From: Sedimentisphaerales bacterium
Lineage (GTDB): Bacteria > Planctomycetota > Phycisphaerae > Sedimentisphaerales > Anaerobacaceae
Assembly (NCBI GenBank): GCA_016932095.1
Contig: JAFGDN010000026.1
Location: 4,692-68,691 of the forward strand
Length of the DNA: 64,000 bases
Direction: 5' to 3'
The notes beneath the pieces were generated by a model. The model did not search any database. It saw only the letters and a program-made list of their open reading frames with translations, and had not been told where the DNA came from. Shown here piece after piece: positions 44,531 to 54,381 of the stretch. The position numbers and the translations under genes were made by a program. Numbering within the stretch: the stretch's first letter is position 1; every line of letters starts with the position of its first letter.

Positions 44531-46552
44531 CTATTTGGTCGAGGTATTTTGAGTCAGGGCGTTGAGGTTTTCGCGTGCTTTTTGGTCGTTGGGGTCGAAT
44601 TGGAGGGCTTTTTTGTAGGATTCTACTGCCTGGTCGAATTTACCTTTTGCCTGGAGGAGTATGCCGAGATTGGTGTGCATTTCGGCGTCGTCGGGGCGGG
44701 CGGCAAGGACGATACGGCACTGCTCGATTGATTCGTCGATTTTGCCGACCGCTGCAAGCGCAAGGGCGAGCCGGCCGTGAGTTATGATGTTGTTGGGGTC
44801 GAGCAGCAGCGACCTGTAATAGTATTCGAGTGCCTCACCGGGTTTACCGCTTTGTGCTAGGGCATAGCCGAGATTTCCGAGGACTTCGGCGGAATCGGGT
44901 CTGGCGGCAAGCGCCTTTTTGAACCGGCCGACGGCGTCGCCTACTTTACCCTGTGTGGCCAGAGATATCGCCATACCCTGTTGCAAGTTGACGTCGTTGG
45001 CGTCGCAGCCGAGGTAAAATTTGTAGTGCTCGATGGCCGCATCGTATTCGCCTTTTGCCATAAGTGCCACGCCGAGATTTAAGTGGGCGACGGCATAATT
45101 GGGTTCGAGCCGCAAAGCGATGTTGTATTGTTCAATGGCGTCGTCAATGCGGTCGAGCTTTTTCAGGGCAACGCCAAAATTATTGCGGATATCGGGTGCG
45201 TTGGGCAGGATTTTAATCGCCTCGTTGAAGTATATGACGGCCTCGTATGGCCGGTCCTGGTCGCTGAGAGAATTTCCGTAATTGTTGAGTATTGTGTAAT
45301 TATTTTTAGTTACGGCCAAAGCGTGCTCGAACAGCGTTAAGCTGGTTTGCCAGTGTTTCAACTGAGCTGACGTGCTCAGAACGCAGGCCAAAAGAACAAC
45401 CGCCGCCATAGTCGAAAGGACGCGCCTGGAGAGGGGAATATGTTTGAGCAGGTCGGCTGCGCCGAAGGCGATGATTACGAAAAGGCCGATAAGGGGGATG
45501 TATGTGTATCTGTCGGCCATTGCCTGGACTCCAACCTGGATGATGCCGATGACGGGAACGAGTGTGCCTAAGTACCAAAGCCAGCCGAAGGCCAGATATT
45601 TATATCGTCTGCCGTAATAAAGTAAAAGAGCGGTAATAAGAATCAGTATTATTGCTGATACGACGGCTTTTACGATAAGCATTCCGTCGCCTGCGCTGAT
45701 GCTGGCGGGATGTGGATAAAGGACGGCCAGCCGGGTGGGCACAAACATTTTCCATATATAGGCAAGATACGAGCATAGGGCGTTTAAGATGCGGTCCTTA
45801 AAAAAAATAGCAGTAACGGCGCCGCCTTTGCGCTGAAAGATAAAAGTGATTACGCTGGATACTATAGTAAGGATGAAAAATGGAAGCTTTTCGATAATGG
45901 AATTTAGAATTGAGAATTTAGAATTAAGAAAGCGGCTGAGAGGCCAGTAATCGAGCAGTATAAGAACGAAGGGAAGAGTAACGAGCATCGGCTTTGCCAT
46001 AAGGCCGAGGCCGAACAGGACAATTGCAGTGATATAAGCAATGATTGATTTACGCTCGGTATAACGAATATATGCTAACATTGTGAGAAGCCAAAACAGC
46101 GTGCTGAGGACGTCTTTTCGCTCAGCGACCCAGGCGACGGACTCGACATGCAGCGGGTGGACGGCGAACAGGGCAGCGATAAATGCGCTTGCCCAGGAGC
46201 GTTTGGTCATGCGATTGAAAACAACAAATAGCAAAAGGGTGTTTGTGATATGAAAGACAACGTTTATAAGGTGCAAAGGGCCTGATTTGACGCCAAAGAG
46301 CGTGCAATCGAGCATAAGAGACAGCCACGTCAACGGGTGCCAGTTAGAAGAGCGGCCCGTAGTGAAGGCCCATTTGAAGTTTTGCCAGGAAAAGCCCGAT
46401 TTGATGTTGGGGTTATCGGTAACATAATCGTCATCGTCGTAATTGACGAACTCGTGATTGCGGACGGGCAGATAAACGGCAAATGTGACCACGGCAAGCA
46501 GGGCACATAAAAGAGGGACGCGATATTTAGGTTGTAGATTTGTCATTTTCAC
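44531..46552 (-). CDS. TMTC-like GT-C glycosyltransferase (PMT_2-type membrane domain) with C-terminal TPR repeats
   Basis: The N-terminal loop motif HEFVNYDDDDYVTDNPNIKSG matches the F(V)xDD...N motif of TMTC/TPR O-mannosyltransferases. About 10 TM helices follow. About 7 TPR units form the C-terminal third (AIEHY, ALEYY, AVESYKKAL). Confidence 0.8.
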   Translation of the reverse strand: MKMTNLQPKYRVPLLCALLAVVTFAVYLPVRNHEFVNYDDDDYVTDNPNIKSGFSWQNFKWAFTTGRSSNWHPLTWLSLMLDCTLFGVKSGPLHLINVVFHITNTLLLFVVFNRMTKRSWASAFIAALFAVHPLHVESVAWVAERKDVLSTLFWLLTMLAYIRYTERKSIIAYITAIVLFGLGLMAKPMLVTLPFVLILLDYWPLSRFLNSKFSILNSIIEKLPFFILTIVSSVITFIFQRKGGAVTAIFFKDRILNALCSYLAYIWKMFVPTRLAVLYPHPASISAGDGMLIVKAVVSAIILILITALLLYYGRRYKYLAFGWLWYLGTLVPVIGIIQVGVQAMADRYTYIPLIGLFVIIAFGAADLLKHIPLSRRVLSTMAAVVLLACVLSTSAQLKHWQTSLTLFEHALAVTKNNYTILNNYGNSLSDQDRPYEAVIYFNEAIKILPNAPDIRNNFGVALKKLDRIDDAIEQYNIALRLEPNYAVAHLNLGVALMAKGEYDAAIEHYKFYLGCDANDVNLQQGMAISLATQGKVGDAVGRFKKALAARPDSAEVLGNLGYALAQSGKPGEALEYYYRSLLLDPNNIITHGRLALALAAVGKIDESIEQCRIVLAARPDDAEMHTNLGILLQAKGKFDQAVESYKKALQFDPNDQKARENLNALTQNTSTK

Positions 46553-46576
46553 CGATTCAAATTTTTAATCGGATGG

Positions 46577-47341
46577 TTATTTTTTAATACCGCCGTAAAT
46601 GGCATCGTAGGCCATCCGCCAGAAACAGTCAATTTTCATAAATCCGGCCTCTTTCAATTTCTCGAAATGCCACTGAAGAGGCAAACCCAGCTCAGTGCCA
46701 ACCCAGGCGCCGGTCAATTTTTTACGAAAATCCTTGACATTAATTTTCAGCTCACGGCCGTAAGCACGCCAGAAACCATCCCAGTCATCGGCATTGCCTT
46801 TTTCGTATTTACGTGAGAGAAAACGTCTTTGGTTCTCCCAATCCTTTTGAATTTGTTTGCATGCGCTGCCCGCGTGGTCGGCGTTAAGGAATATCCCGCC
46901 CGGCCTGAGAATTCGCGCGAATTGTTTATATAATCGGCTCAACTGCTCGGGGCTAAACCAGTGCAGGGCGGTCGCGGAGACAATCGCATCGAATCGGCTG
47001 CCTACAAGTCCCGTCCAGCCGCTTTTTCGCAGGTCCGCTTCTACCAACAGTGTCCTTTTGCTGAATTTGACGAAGCGTTTTTCTGCCAGCGCAAGCAAAG
47101 TTGAGTCAAATTCAATGCCCCAGACCCCGGCGTTCGGGAACGTCTTTAGAATGGGCATCATCAAACTGCCGGTGCCGCATCCGATATCCAGAACTCTCAA
47201 TACTTTTCGCTGGGTATCGGTAATCAATCGTGCTATGATTTCGAATCGTTCTTTTCTGGCAGGGATGTAAAGGTCCTGCATTTTGTCCCAGCGTCTAATC
47301 CAGGTTTGCCAGTCAATGTTATTGGGCAATGTTACATCCAT
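46577..47341 (-). CDS. Class I SAM-dependent methyltransferase
   Basis: Motif I VLDIGCGTGS and post-I/II blocks (LVEADL, FDAIVSATALHW, GGIFLNAD). The start shares 1 nt with the purC stop (TAATG). Confidence 0.8.
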   Translation of the reverse strand: MDVTLPNNIDWQTWIRRWDKMQDLYIPARKERFEIIARLITDTQRKVLRVLDIGCGTGSLMMPILKTFPNAGVWGIEFDSTLLALAEKRFVKFSKRTLLVEADLRKSGWTGLVGSRFDAIVSATALHWFSPEQLSRLYKQFARILRPGGIFLNADHAGSACKQIQKDWENQRRFLSRKYEKGNADDWDGFWRAYGRELKINVKDFRKKLTGAWVGTELGLPLQWHFEKLKEAGFMKIDCFWRMAYDAIYGGIKK

Positions 47342-48237
47342 TAATTTCTAAATCCGAATTTTTTGCCGGTCAGGCGCTCGTAACATTCGACGTATTTTTG
47401 GCTCGTTTTTTTAACGACGTCGTCTGGCAGTTTCACGCCGGGGCCGGATTTGTCGAAGTTTATGCTTTCGAGATAGTTTCGGACGAACTGCTTGTCGAAG
47501 GATTCCTGGTCCCGGCTGGGCTGGTATTGGTCGGCAGGCCAGAAACGAGATGAATCCGGCGTTAAAACCTCGTCAATAAGAATGGTTTTGCCGCTGGTAT
47601 GACCCCATTCGAATTTTGTATCGGCCAGTATTATTCCCTTCGATTCGGAGTATTGGCTCGCTTTTTTGAAGATTTCAATGCTTTTGTCGCGAAGGTATTT
47701 TGCGTTTTCGTCGCCGATAATTTCGACACACCGCCCAAATGAAATATTTTCATCGTGTTTGCCTAAATCCTCCTTTGTAGCGGGGGTAAATATTGGCTCT
47801 GGGAGCTTGTCGCATTGTCTAAGACCCGCAGGAAGCTTGACGCCGCAGACGGTTTGTGACTTTTGATATTCCTTCCAGCCCGAGCCGGCCAGATAACCGC
47901 GAATGACGCACTCGATTGGCAGGACTTTTGTCTTTTTAACGAGCATACTTCTGCCGGCTAATTGCTTTTCGTATTTGTTAAAAGGCGAGGGGAATTTAGC
48001 GACATCGGCAGTGATAAGATGATGATTGACAATCGGCTCCAAAAAGTCGAACCAGAAAAGTGAAATCTGGGTCAGGACCTGGCCTTTGAAGGGTATGGGA
48101 TTTGCCATAACCACGTCGAAAGCGCTGATGCGGTCGGTTGCGACGATAAGCAGCTTGTCGCCCAAATCGTAAACGTCGCGGACCTTGCCGCGTTTGGGCT
48201 GGAAATTTTCAATTGTCGTCTGCAATATGGCTTCCAT
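47341..48237 (-). CDS. purC: Phosphoribosylaminoimidazole-succinocarboxamide synthase
   Basis: GKVRDVYD, SAFDV and ILADTKFEWG motifs. Start taken at the internal MEAILQ (48237). Confidence 0.9.
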   Translation of the reverse strand: MEAILQTTIENFQPKRGKVRDVYDLGDKLLIVATDRISAFDVVMANPIPFKGQVLTQISLFWFDFLEPIVNHHLITADVAKFPSPFNKYEKQLAGRSMLVKKTKVLPIECVIRGYLAGSGWKEYQKSQTVCGVKLPAGLRQCDKLPEPIFTPATKEDLGKHDENISFGRCVEIIGDENAKYLRDKSIEIFKKASQYSESKGIILADTKFEWGHTSGKTILIDEVLTPDSSRFWPADQYQPSRDQESFDKQFVRNYLESINFDKSGPGVKLPDDVVKKTSQKYVECYERLTGKKFGFRN

Positions 48238-48299
48238 ATCGGCTCCTTTTCTTAAATAACGGCGAATTATGATATTTGCGCAACGGCGGTTCGTCAAGA

Positions 48300-49088
48300 T
48301 TATTGCCCGATGCGGGAATTAACGTAGGTGAAGATTTTGTCGCGGACTTTTGCCGTGTCGGGATTGTCTGGGAGAAAATCAAATATCAATTCGAGGCATC
48401 GGCGCTGTTTGATGCGTTTTAATGATGCGGCGAAATTGATGTCATAGACCCAGCCGACGACGCAAAGTTTCATATCGTTCCAGGTCCTGAGCGAGTCATA
48501 ATCTATAAGCCGGCCTGCCAGAACCGCTTCGAGAACGTCGGGCGTGTATTGCGGCACGTCGGGAAAGTCGATTATGAGCTGGAAATTCTCGGGGTCGTCC
48601 CGGTGCCGGATGTATTTTTCGGTTACGACGTGATAGATATCGAGCTTGTCCGCGTCGCGAATCAACCTGGAAAACAGCAGCGCCTCGCCCGTGAGGTCGT
48701 CGTTGAGCTTTTTGTCGCCGTGTTTTTTGATTGCAGTTTCGATTAGCTTCTGTTCGTCAGCGGACAGGTCGGCAAGCAGTTTTTCTTTTCGGATGATGTC
48801 AATGGCCAGCTCACAGTGGTCAATGCTTCGGGAGTCGATATAGGTTTTGTATTTTATGAATTGCGGAAACCGCCCGACGTCGTGAAGCAAGGAAATTGTC
48901 TCAGCCGGCAGCCGGCAGTTTTCGTCGAGCTTTAACTCGTCGGCCAAATAAAGCGTCTCCTCGCAGACCCGCCTCGTGTGCTCTTCTTTGGACCTGATGT
49001 TGGCATTGATAAAGTCGTCGTTGCCGTAGAAGCCGGCGACAAATGTATCGAACCACGCCTTGAATTTTGTCAATTGTTCTTTGTTCAT
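48300..49088 (-). CDS. HD-domain phosphohydrolase
   Basis: H...LLHDVGR motif plus a later D (IRDADKLD). Confidence 0.7.
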   Translation of the reverse strand: MNKEQLTKFKAWFDTFVAGFYGNDDFINANIRSKEEHTRRVCEETLYLADELKLDENCRLPAETISLLHDVGRFPQFIKYKTYIDSRSIDHCELAIDIIRKEKLLADLSADEQKLIETAIKKHGDKKLNDDLTGEALLFSRLIRDADKLDIYHVVTEKYIRHRDDPENFQLIIDFPDVPQYTPDVLEAVLAGRLIDYDSLRTWNDMKLCVVGWVYDINFAASLKRIKQRRCLELIFDFLPDNPDTAKVRDKIFTYVNSRIGQ

Positions 49089-49161
49089 AGCTCGTTTTCA
49101 GATTGGAAAACGGATAATGTAAGGTAAAATGGCAAAAGGAAAAAGAAAAAAATATTGCTGG

Positions 49162-49190
49162 TTTGAAATCGGCCGGCCAGGCCGGTATAA
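49162..49190 (+). promoter_or_regulatory. Sigma70-like promoter (TTGAAA-N17-TATAAT)
   Basis: TTGAAA 49162-49167 and TATAAT 49185-49190, about 43 nt upstream of ATG 49233. Confidence 0.5.
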
Positions 49191-49232
49191 TTGCCGCTGA
49201 CTTTAAGGATTGGTCGTTTTAAGGGGTGAATT

Positions 49233-49505
49233 ATGCCGACGATAAAAGACGTGGTAGTGAGAAAGCCGACCAAACAGGAGCAGGATAACTGCAAAAGTTG
49301 GCCGATATGGACGTGTGAGCCGAGCGAATTTGACTGGGCATATACCGAAGAGGAGACCTGCCTGATTTTAGAGGGCGACGTTACGGTTACTGACGGAAAA
49401 GATTCCGTCAGTTTCGGCCCGGGCGATTACGTGGTGTTCCCGGTCGATTTGGAATGCACCTGGAAGGTTAAAAAGGCGGTTAAAAAGCACTATAATTTCG
49501 GGTAA
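49233..49505 (+). CDS. Small cupin (cupin_3/DUF861-like)
   Basis: A 90-aa protein with W.C..S.F.W.Y...E.C.ILEG.V.V....G.....GD.V.FP.G..C.W.V pattern. Confidence 0.65.
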   Translation: MPTIKDVVVRKPTKQEQDNCKSWPIWTCEPSEFDWAYTEEETCLILEGDVTVTDGKDSVSFGPGDYVVFPVDLECTWKVKKAVKKHYNFG

Positions 49506-49542
49506 CATATAATCACAAGTCATATTGAAGGGAAGCAAAATT

Positions 49543-50088
49543 ATGATGATAGATTATGTGACGTTGATGCTGGCAAATATGACGGCGGGGTTTTTCCTGC
49601 TGGGCATTTTTGTGTATCAGGGAATGGAGGGTGAGGAAAGAACCTCTTGGGCGCCGGCCTTCGGGATTTGCGGGCTTGTGGCGACGGCCTGCGGATTTAT
49701 GATGACGTTCAAATGGCCCTTGCCCGTGCCGTTTAATATGGCCTTCGGCGAAACGTCCGTCTTATTGGGGGTATTGCTTCTCGGAACGGCCTGGGCCATC
49801 GCAAAGGGATGGGAGCTTATGCCCCTGGCCGTTTACGGTCTTTTCGCAGGCGCAGTGGCGATATTGCTGGGCGTCAGGATTATCGAGCTTAATCTGACAC
49901 AAAACCCGATTCTGTCGGGCGTCGGGTTCATTCTTAGCGGCGCTGCAGGCGTTTGTGCGCCGGTTGTGGTCTGGCAATCGGAGCAGAAGGGCCTTCGCGT
50001 TATTGCCTCGATGGTGCTTTTCGCGGTCTCGGCAATATGGGCCTACACCTGCGTTTTGGCCTACTGGGCGCACATCGCAGCCAAGTAG
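49543..50088 (+). CDS. Integral membrane protein (6 TM; DUF981-like, tentative)
   Basis: Hydrophobic throughout. ATG 49543 has GAAGGGA about 7 nt upstream. Confidence 0.5.
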   Translation: MMIDYVTLMLANMTAGFFLLGIFVYQGMEGEERTSWAPAFGICGLVATACGFMMTFKWPLPVPFNMAFGETSVLLGVLLLGTAWAIAKGWELMPLAVYGLFAGAVAILLGVRIIELNLTQNPILSGVGFILSGAAGVCAPVVVWQSEQKGLRVIASMVLFAVSAIWAYTCVLAYWAHIAAK

Positions 50089-50130
50089 GCGAGACATTTT
50101 CGAATTTTAAGAGGGAGGGGTATCGAAAGA

Positions 50131-52224
50131 ATGAACGAAGGACAGTCAAGTAGTGCGGTGGATATTGAGTTTCGATATCCAAAGCTGCCTTGGGTGTTTA
50201 CGCTGGCCTGCCATATAGTAATGCTTGTTTTTTTGATTATATTTACCTTCGGCGAGATTCCATTACAATTTTTTTGGGCATATATCGTTTTTATCGCGAC
50301 ATACATATTCATTATAAGTGTACATGTCTGGGATTGGATGGGCTGGGTGGCAGGAACGAGGGGGCCAGTAATTATTGGAGCAGAAGGGATAAAGGTTGGG
50401 GAAAAATTTGCTGAGTGGGACCAAATCGAGGAAATCAAGCACGGAATATGGCTAAATCGAACGGGAGGCATTCGACTGAAATTGAAAAAAGAAAAAAGGC
50501 CTTTTTTTGAATTTATCCTGAAGACAAAACCAAAGGCCCTTTTTATTCAAGCATATCCTTTTGTCTATCGTGAGCTGGTTCCTGTGATAAAAACAATTCG
50601 GCCCGATTTGTCGGTAAGCCCGATTGTTGAGCGCGCGATGAAAAATCCCGAGGATAGTATCGCCCCGCGACGATGGCTTCTGACAATCATATTTGCAGCA
50701 AACATAGCATTGTTGACCGCTTTACTGATGCCTCGTTTTCAATCTTTGATTCCTTATTTATTTATCGCTTTGATGCTGTCTTTAGTCGGGTCGTATTTAA
50801 AGCCCTGGGCTTTCAAACTGATTCAGACAGAGAGGGATAAATTTATCGAATTTGCGTTTCACTGTACAATTCTTGTCTATTTCGGCGCCGGATTAAGAGC
50901 GTTCACGCCAATAGAACCTATTTACGTAAACACAATAATCATTATGGCCATAACAGCGTTATTGCTAGCTTCTGCGGTTCTTTTCGCCGTAAAAGAACTG
51001 ACGAACGGCTTGAAGATTGTCATTTTATGTGTTCTGGCTGGTGTGCCGACGGCGGCATACGCATATAACAGGTCTCAGGAGTGGCCTTCGAAGAATATCT
51101 CAGGGCTTCTGTGTGGTGACGAGATTCGCGCAGCGGTCTGGGGAAATTGCGGACGGTTTTTTACAACTGTCTCGTATGAGGGGCGTGGTTGCGTGATTGA
51201 CGCAGGAACTCTTGAGCGTAAATTTGTGCTGGAACACGAGGGCTCTGTAAATACGATTTGGCTTGATGAGAAAACATTGATTCGGCATGTGACGCTGGAG
51301 GATGTTAACGATGACTGTCTTATTCGTGAATTGTGGGTCTATGATTTTAATCAGCAACAGGAGTTTAAAGTGCCGACTTCCCGGAGATTCTCGATAGGGG
51401 CGCGAAAGCCGGTCGATATCACAAGTCGCCGTATTGCCTGGATTGATTACGGTCAAAACGTGCAAACGCTTAGGTTTTATAATATAGAGACAATGAATGA
51501 GGATATGGAAGCCGTAGAATTGCTAAAGGATGTAAACTGGGTCGGGGGCAAGGCAGAGTGGATAAGCGAAAGGGAATTGGCTGTTTATGTCGGTCGGGCC
51601 GACGAAGGGGATGAAGAAAAAAACAGGCGGCTGTATGTGTTGAGAATGAACCTGCAAAACGGCAGTCAGGTGTTATGGAAATCATCACAGAAATATGAGA
51701 GATTGTATCCGGTTAATGAATTTAAAAATGCATTCGATGTAAATGAGCTTGAAAAATTCGAGAAATATTCTTCGGACTTTTTGAGCTTGAGGGAAGAAAA
51801 AATTATTCATGTAGCGGGTGATGATTTTCCGCTCGAAGCACGCCAAGCCGGATGTGCGTTTTACGTAGTCGAAGGAAAAACGGGGGCATATCTCATAAAG
51901 TTTGATTTTGGAAGTGGTCAGGCACGGCGTTTGTTTTCGGTGCCGAAGGCAATGAGGATTCAAGGGGTCTCTTCATCGGGTAGGTTTGTATTATTGGGTT
52001 TGAGCGGCTTTATGGATTTTCCGACTTATATGGTGATCGACATTACTGGCGGTAAGCGTCATTGGATAAAACTGTCAGGTATGTCCTTCGGAAGTTCATC
52101 AGCGTGGTCGGCTTCAATGCCGGGAAGGTCGCCTTTTTCGGCGGATGAACAATGGCTTATATTGGAGACGTTCAGCACTGGAGGGTTTCAAACTGTTTTA
52201 TATGAAATTCCCGAAAAGTGGTGA
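50131..52224 (+). CDS. Large membrane protein with a C-terminal soluble (beta-propeller-like) domain
   Basis: The N-terminal half holds about 8 TM helices and a short soluble insert. The C-terminal ~370 aa are beta-rich. The gene is A+T-rich. No family recognised. Confidence 0.5.
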   Translation: MNEGQSSSAVDIEFRYPKLPWVFTLACHIVMLVFLIIFTFGEIPLQFFWAYIVFIATYIFIISVHVWDWMGWVAGTRGPVIIGAEGIKVGEKFAEWDQIEEIKHGIWLNRTGGIRLKLKKEKRPFFEFILKTKPKALFIQAYPFVYRELVPVIKTIRPDLSVSPIVERAMKNPEDSIAPRRWLLTIIFAANIALLTALLMPRFQSLIPYLFIALMLSLVGSYLKPWAFKLIQTERDKFIEFAFHCTILVYFGAGLRAFTPIEPIYVNTIIIMAITALLLASAVLFAVKELTNGLKIVILCVLAGVPTAAYAYNRSQEWPSKNISGLLCGDEIRAAVWGNCGRFFTTVSYEGRGCVIDAGTLERKFVLEHEGSVNTIWLDEKTLIRHVTLEDVNDDCLIRELWVYDFNQQQEFKVPTSRRFSIGARKPVDITSRRIAWIDYGQNVQTLRFYNIETMNEDMEAVELLKDVNWVGGKAEWISERELAVYVGRADEGDEEKNRRLYVLRMNLQNGSQVLWKSSQKYERLYPVNEFKNAFDVNELEKFEKYSSDFLSLREEKIIHVAGDDFPLEARQAGCAFYVVEGKTGAYLIKFDFGSGQARRLFSVPKAMRIQGVSSSGRFVLLGLSGFMDFPTYMVIDITGGKRHWIKLSGMSFGSSSAWSASMPGRSPFSADEQWLILETFSTGGFQTVLYEIPEKW

Positions 52225-52331
52225 ATGTCGGCGAAATGAAAGGGGGGGTTGCATAACACGGGGTTTTAGATTATCCTTTTGACTCGTTTTTTTGTGACTG
52301 AAAATTGACGTTTTTTTACAGGAAGATTGAA

Positions 52332-54371
52332 ATGTCAGAGCCGGTACGAGTGAAAGGTTTGACAGGATTAGATGAGTTATGTATTGATACGATAAGATTT
52401 TTGGCCGCAGACGCAGTGCAGAAGGCCAAGTCGGGCCACCCCGGTATGCCGATGGGTTTGGCCCCGGCCGCTTATACTTTGTGGATGCGGCATCTCAAAT
52501 TCAATCCCGCAAATCCCAAGTGGTTCAATCGCGACCGGTTCATACTTTCAGGCGGGCACGGCTGTATGTTATTGTATTCGCTGCTTTTCCTGACCGGCTA
52601 CGATATGTCTTTAGACGACCTGAAAAACTTCAGGCAGTGGGGCAGCAAGACCCCCGGCCACCCGGAATATCATCCCGACCTGGGTATCGAGGCCACAACC
52701 GGACCGTTGGGCCAGGGCATATCAAACGCCGTCGGTATGGCTATCGCGCAGAAGTATCTTGCGAATTATTTCAACCGCGAGGGCTTCCCTGTCGTCGATT
52801 ATAAGATTTACGTTGCCTGCGGTGACGGCGACCTCGAAGAAGGCATTTCGAGCGAGACAAGCTCATTAGCGGGGCACCTTGTGCTGGATAACCTGATTGT
52901 AATTTACGATGACAACCATATATCAATTGACGGCCCGACTGAACTGTCCTTCACCGAAGACAGGGCCAAACGCTACAAGGCATACGGATGGAACGTTATC
53001 GAGGTGCCGGGCGACGGCAACGATATGGCGGCCTTTGAAAAGGCCCTCAAAAAGGCAAAACGCACAAAAGGCAAACCTACGCTCATAAAGCTTCGCACAC
53101 ATATCGCCTTCGGCGCCCCGACAAAACACGATACAGCCGAGGCGCACGGTGCGCCGTTAGGCGAGGATGAGATTAAAGCGACCAAGAAGATTTTCGGCTG
53201 GGACCCGCAAATGTCGTTCAACGTCCCTGAGCATGTCCTGCCGAATACACGCACCGCGATTGACAGGGGCAAAAAGGCCGAGGCGAAGTGGAACCACCTG
53301 TTCAAGAAATACGCCGAGGCGTATCGTGAGCTTGCACAGCAGTTCCAGGACGCTCTCGTTGGTAAAATAACCGTCGATATCGACTCGTTACTTCCCAAAT
53401 TTGACCCGGTAAAGGACGGCAAGCCCAATGCGGTTTCCACCCGTTCGGCGTCAGGAAAAACGTTGGATGCTCTTATGCCGAAGATGCCGTTTATCTTAGG
53501 CGGCTCCGCCGACCTGACCCCCTCTAATAATACACGGTGGAAAGACGTGAAGGATTTCCAGCCAAACTCCCGCGACGGCAGATACATCCGTTTCGGCGTT
53601 CGCGAGCACGGTATGGGCGCGATTTTGAGCGGCATTTCCATAAACGGCCTGACGCGGGCGTTCGGCGGGACGTTTTTGACTTTCAGCGACTATATGCGGG
53701 GGGCGGTGCGTGTCTCGGCAATAGCGAAATACCCGACGATTTTCGTATGGACGCACGACAGTATCGGCGTCGGCGAGGACGGCCCGACACATCAGCCGGT
53801 AGAGCATTTCGCCGCACTGAGGGCAATACCCAATATGCTCGTTATCAGGCCGGCAGACGCCAACGAGACCGCGCAGGCGTGGAAATTCATCCTGCAATAT
53901 AATGCCGGCCCCGTGGCTTTACTGCTTACACGACAGAACCTCCCCGTTTTTGACCAGGCCAAATACGCGCCCGCAACAAACTTACCAAAAGGCGCTTACA
54001 CGCTGATTAGCGGTGCTCAGCCGGAAGTCCTGCTTTTGGCGACCGGCTCGGAAGTGGCAATAGCAATTGACGCATATAATAAACTTGCCGCTGAAGGGAT
54101 TAAGACACGCGTCGTCAGTATGCCCTGCTGGGAGTTGTTCGAAAAGCAGAGCCAGGACTATCGCGATTCGGTGCTCCCGCCGATTGTTAAGGCGAGGGTC
54201 GGCGTCGAGGCGGCTGTCGAGCTTGGCTGGCATAAATGGCTCGGCATCGATGGCGCATTTGTTGGTATGCACTCATTCGGCCATTCAGCTCCTTACAAGG
54301 TCTGTTTCGAGAAATTCGGCATAACCGCCGACGCCGTCGTCTCCGCGGCGAAAAATGTTTTGGGCAGATAG
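52332..54371 (+). CDS. tkt: Transketolase
   Basis: SGHPGMPMGLA, TPP motif GDGDLEEG and HDSIGVGEDGPTHQPVEH. Start taken at MSEPVRV (52332). Confidence 0.95.
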   Translation: MSEPVRVKGLTGLDELCIDTIRFLAADAVQKAKSGHPGMPMGLAPAAYTLWMRHLKFNPANPKWFNRDRFILSGGHGCMLLYSLLFLTGYDMSLDDLKNFRQWGSKTPGHPEYHPDLGIEATTGPLGQGISNAVGMAIAQKYLANYFNREGFPVVDYKIYVACGDGDLEEGISSETSSLAGHLVLDNLIVIYDDNHISIDGPTELSFTEDRAKRYKAYGWNVIEVPGDGNDMAAFEKALKKAKRTKGKPTLIKLRTHIAFGAPTKHDTAEAHGAPLGEDEIKATKKIFGWDPQMSFNVPEHVLPNTRTAIDRGKKAEAKWNHLFKKYAEAYRELAQQFQDALVGKITVDIDSLLPKFDPVKDGKPNAVSTRSASGKTLDALMPKMPFILGGSADLTPSNNTRWKDVKDFQPNSRDGRYIRFGVREHGMGAILSGISINGLTRAFGGTFLTFSDYMRGAVRVSAIAKYPTIFVWTHDSIGVGEDGPTHQPVEHFAALRAIPNMLVIRPADANETAQAWKFILQYNAGPVALLLTRQNLPVFDQAKYAPATNLPKGAYTLISGAQPEVLLLATGSEVAIAIDAYNKLAAEGIKTRVVSMPCWELFEKQSQDYRDSVLPPIVKARVGVEAAVELGWHKWLGIDGAFVGMHSFGHSAPYKVCFEKFGITADAVVSAAKNVLGR

Positions 54372-54381
54372 TCCTACGTAT

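Noticed and set aside
52973-53641. 222-aa minus-strand ORF
   Set aside because: It is antisense to transketolase.
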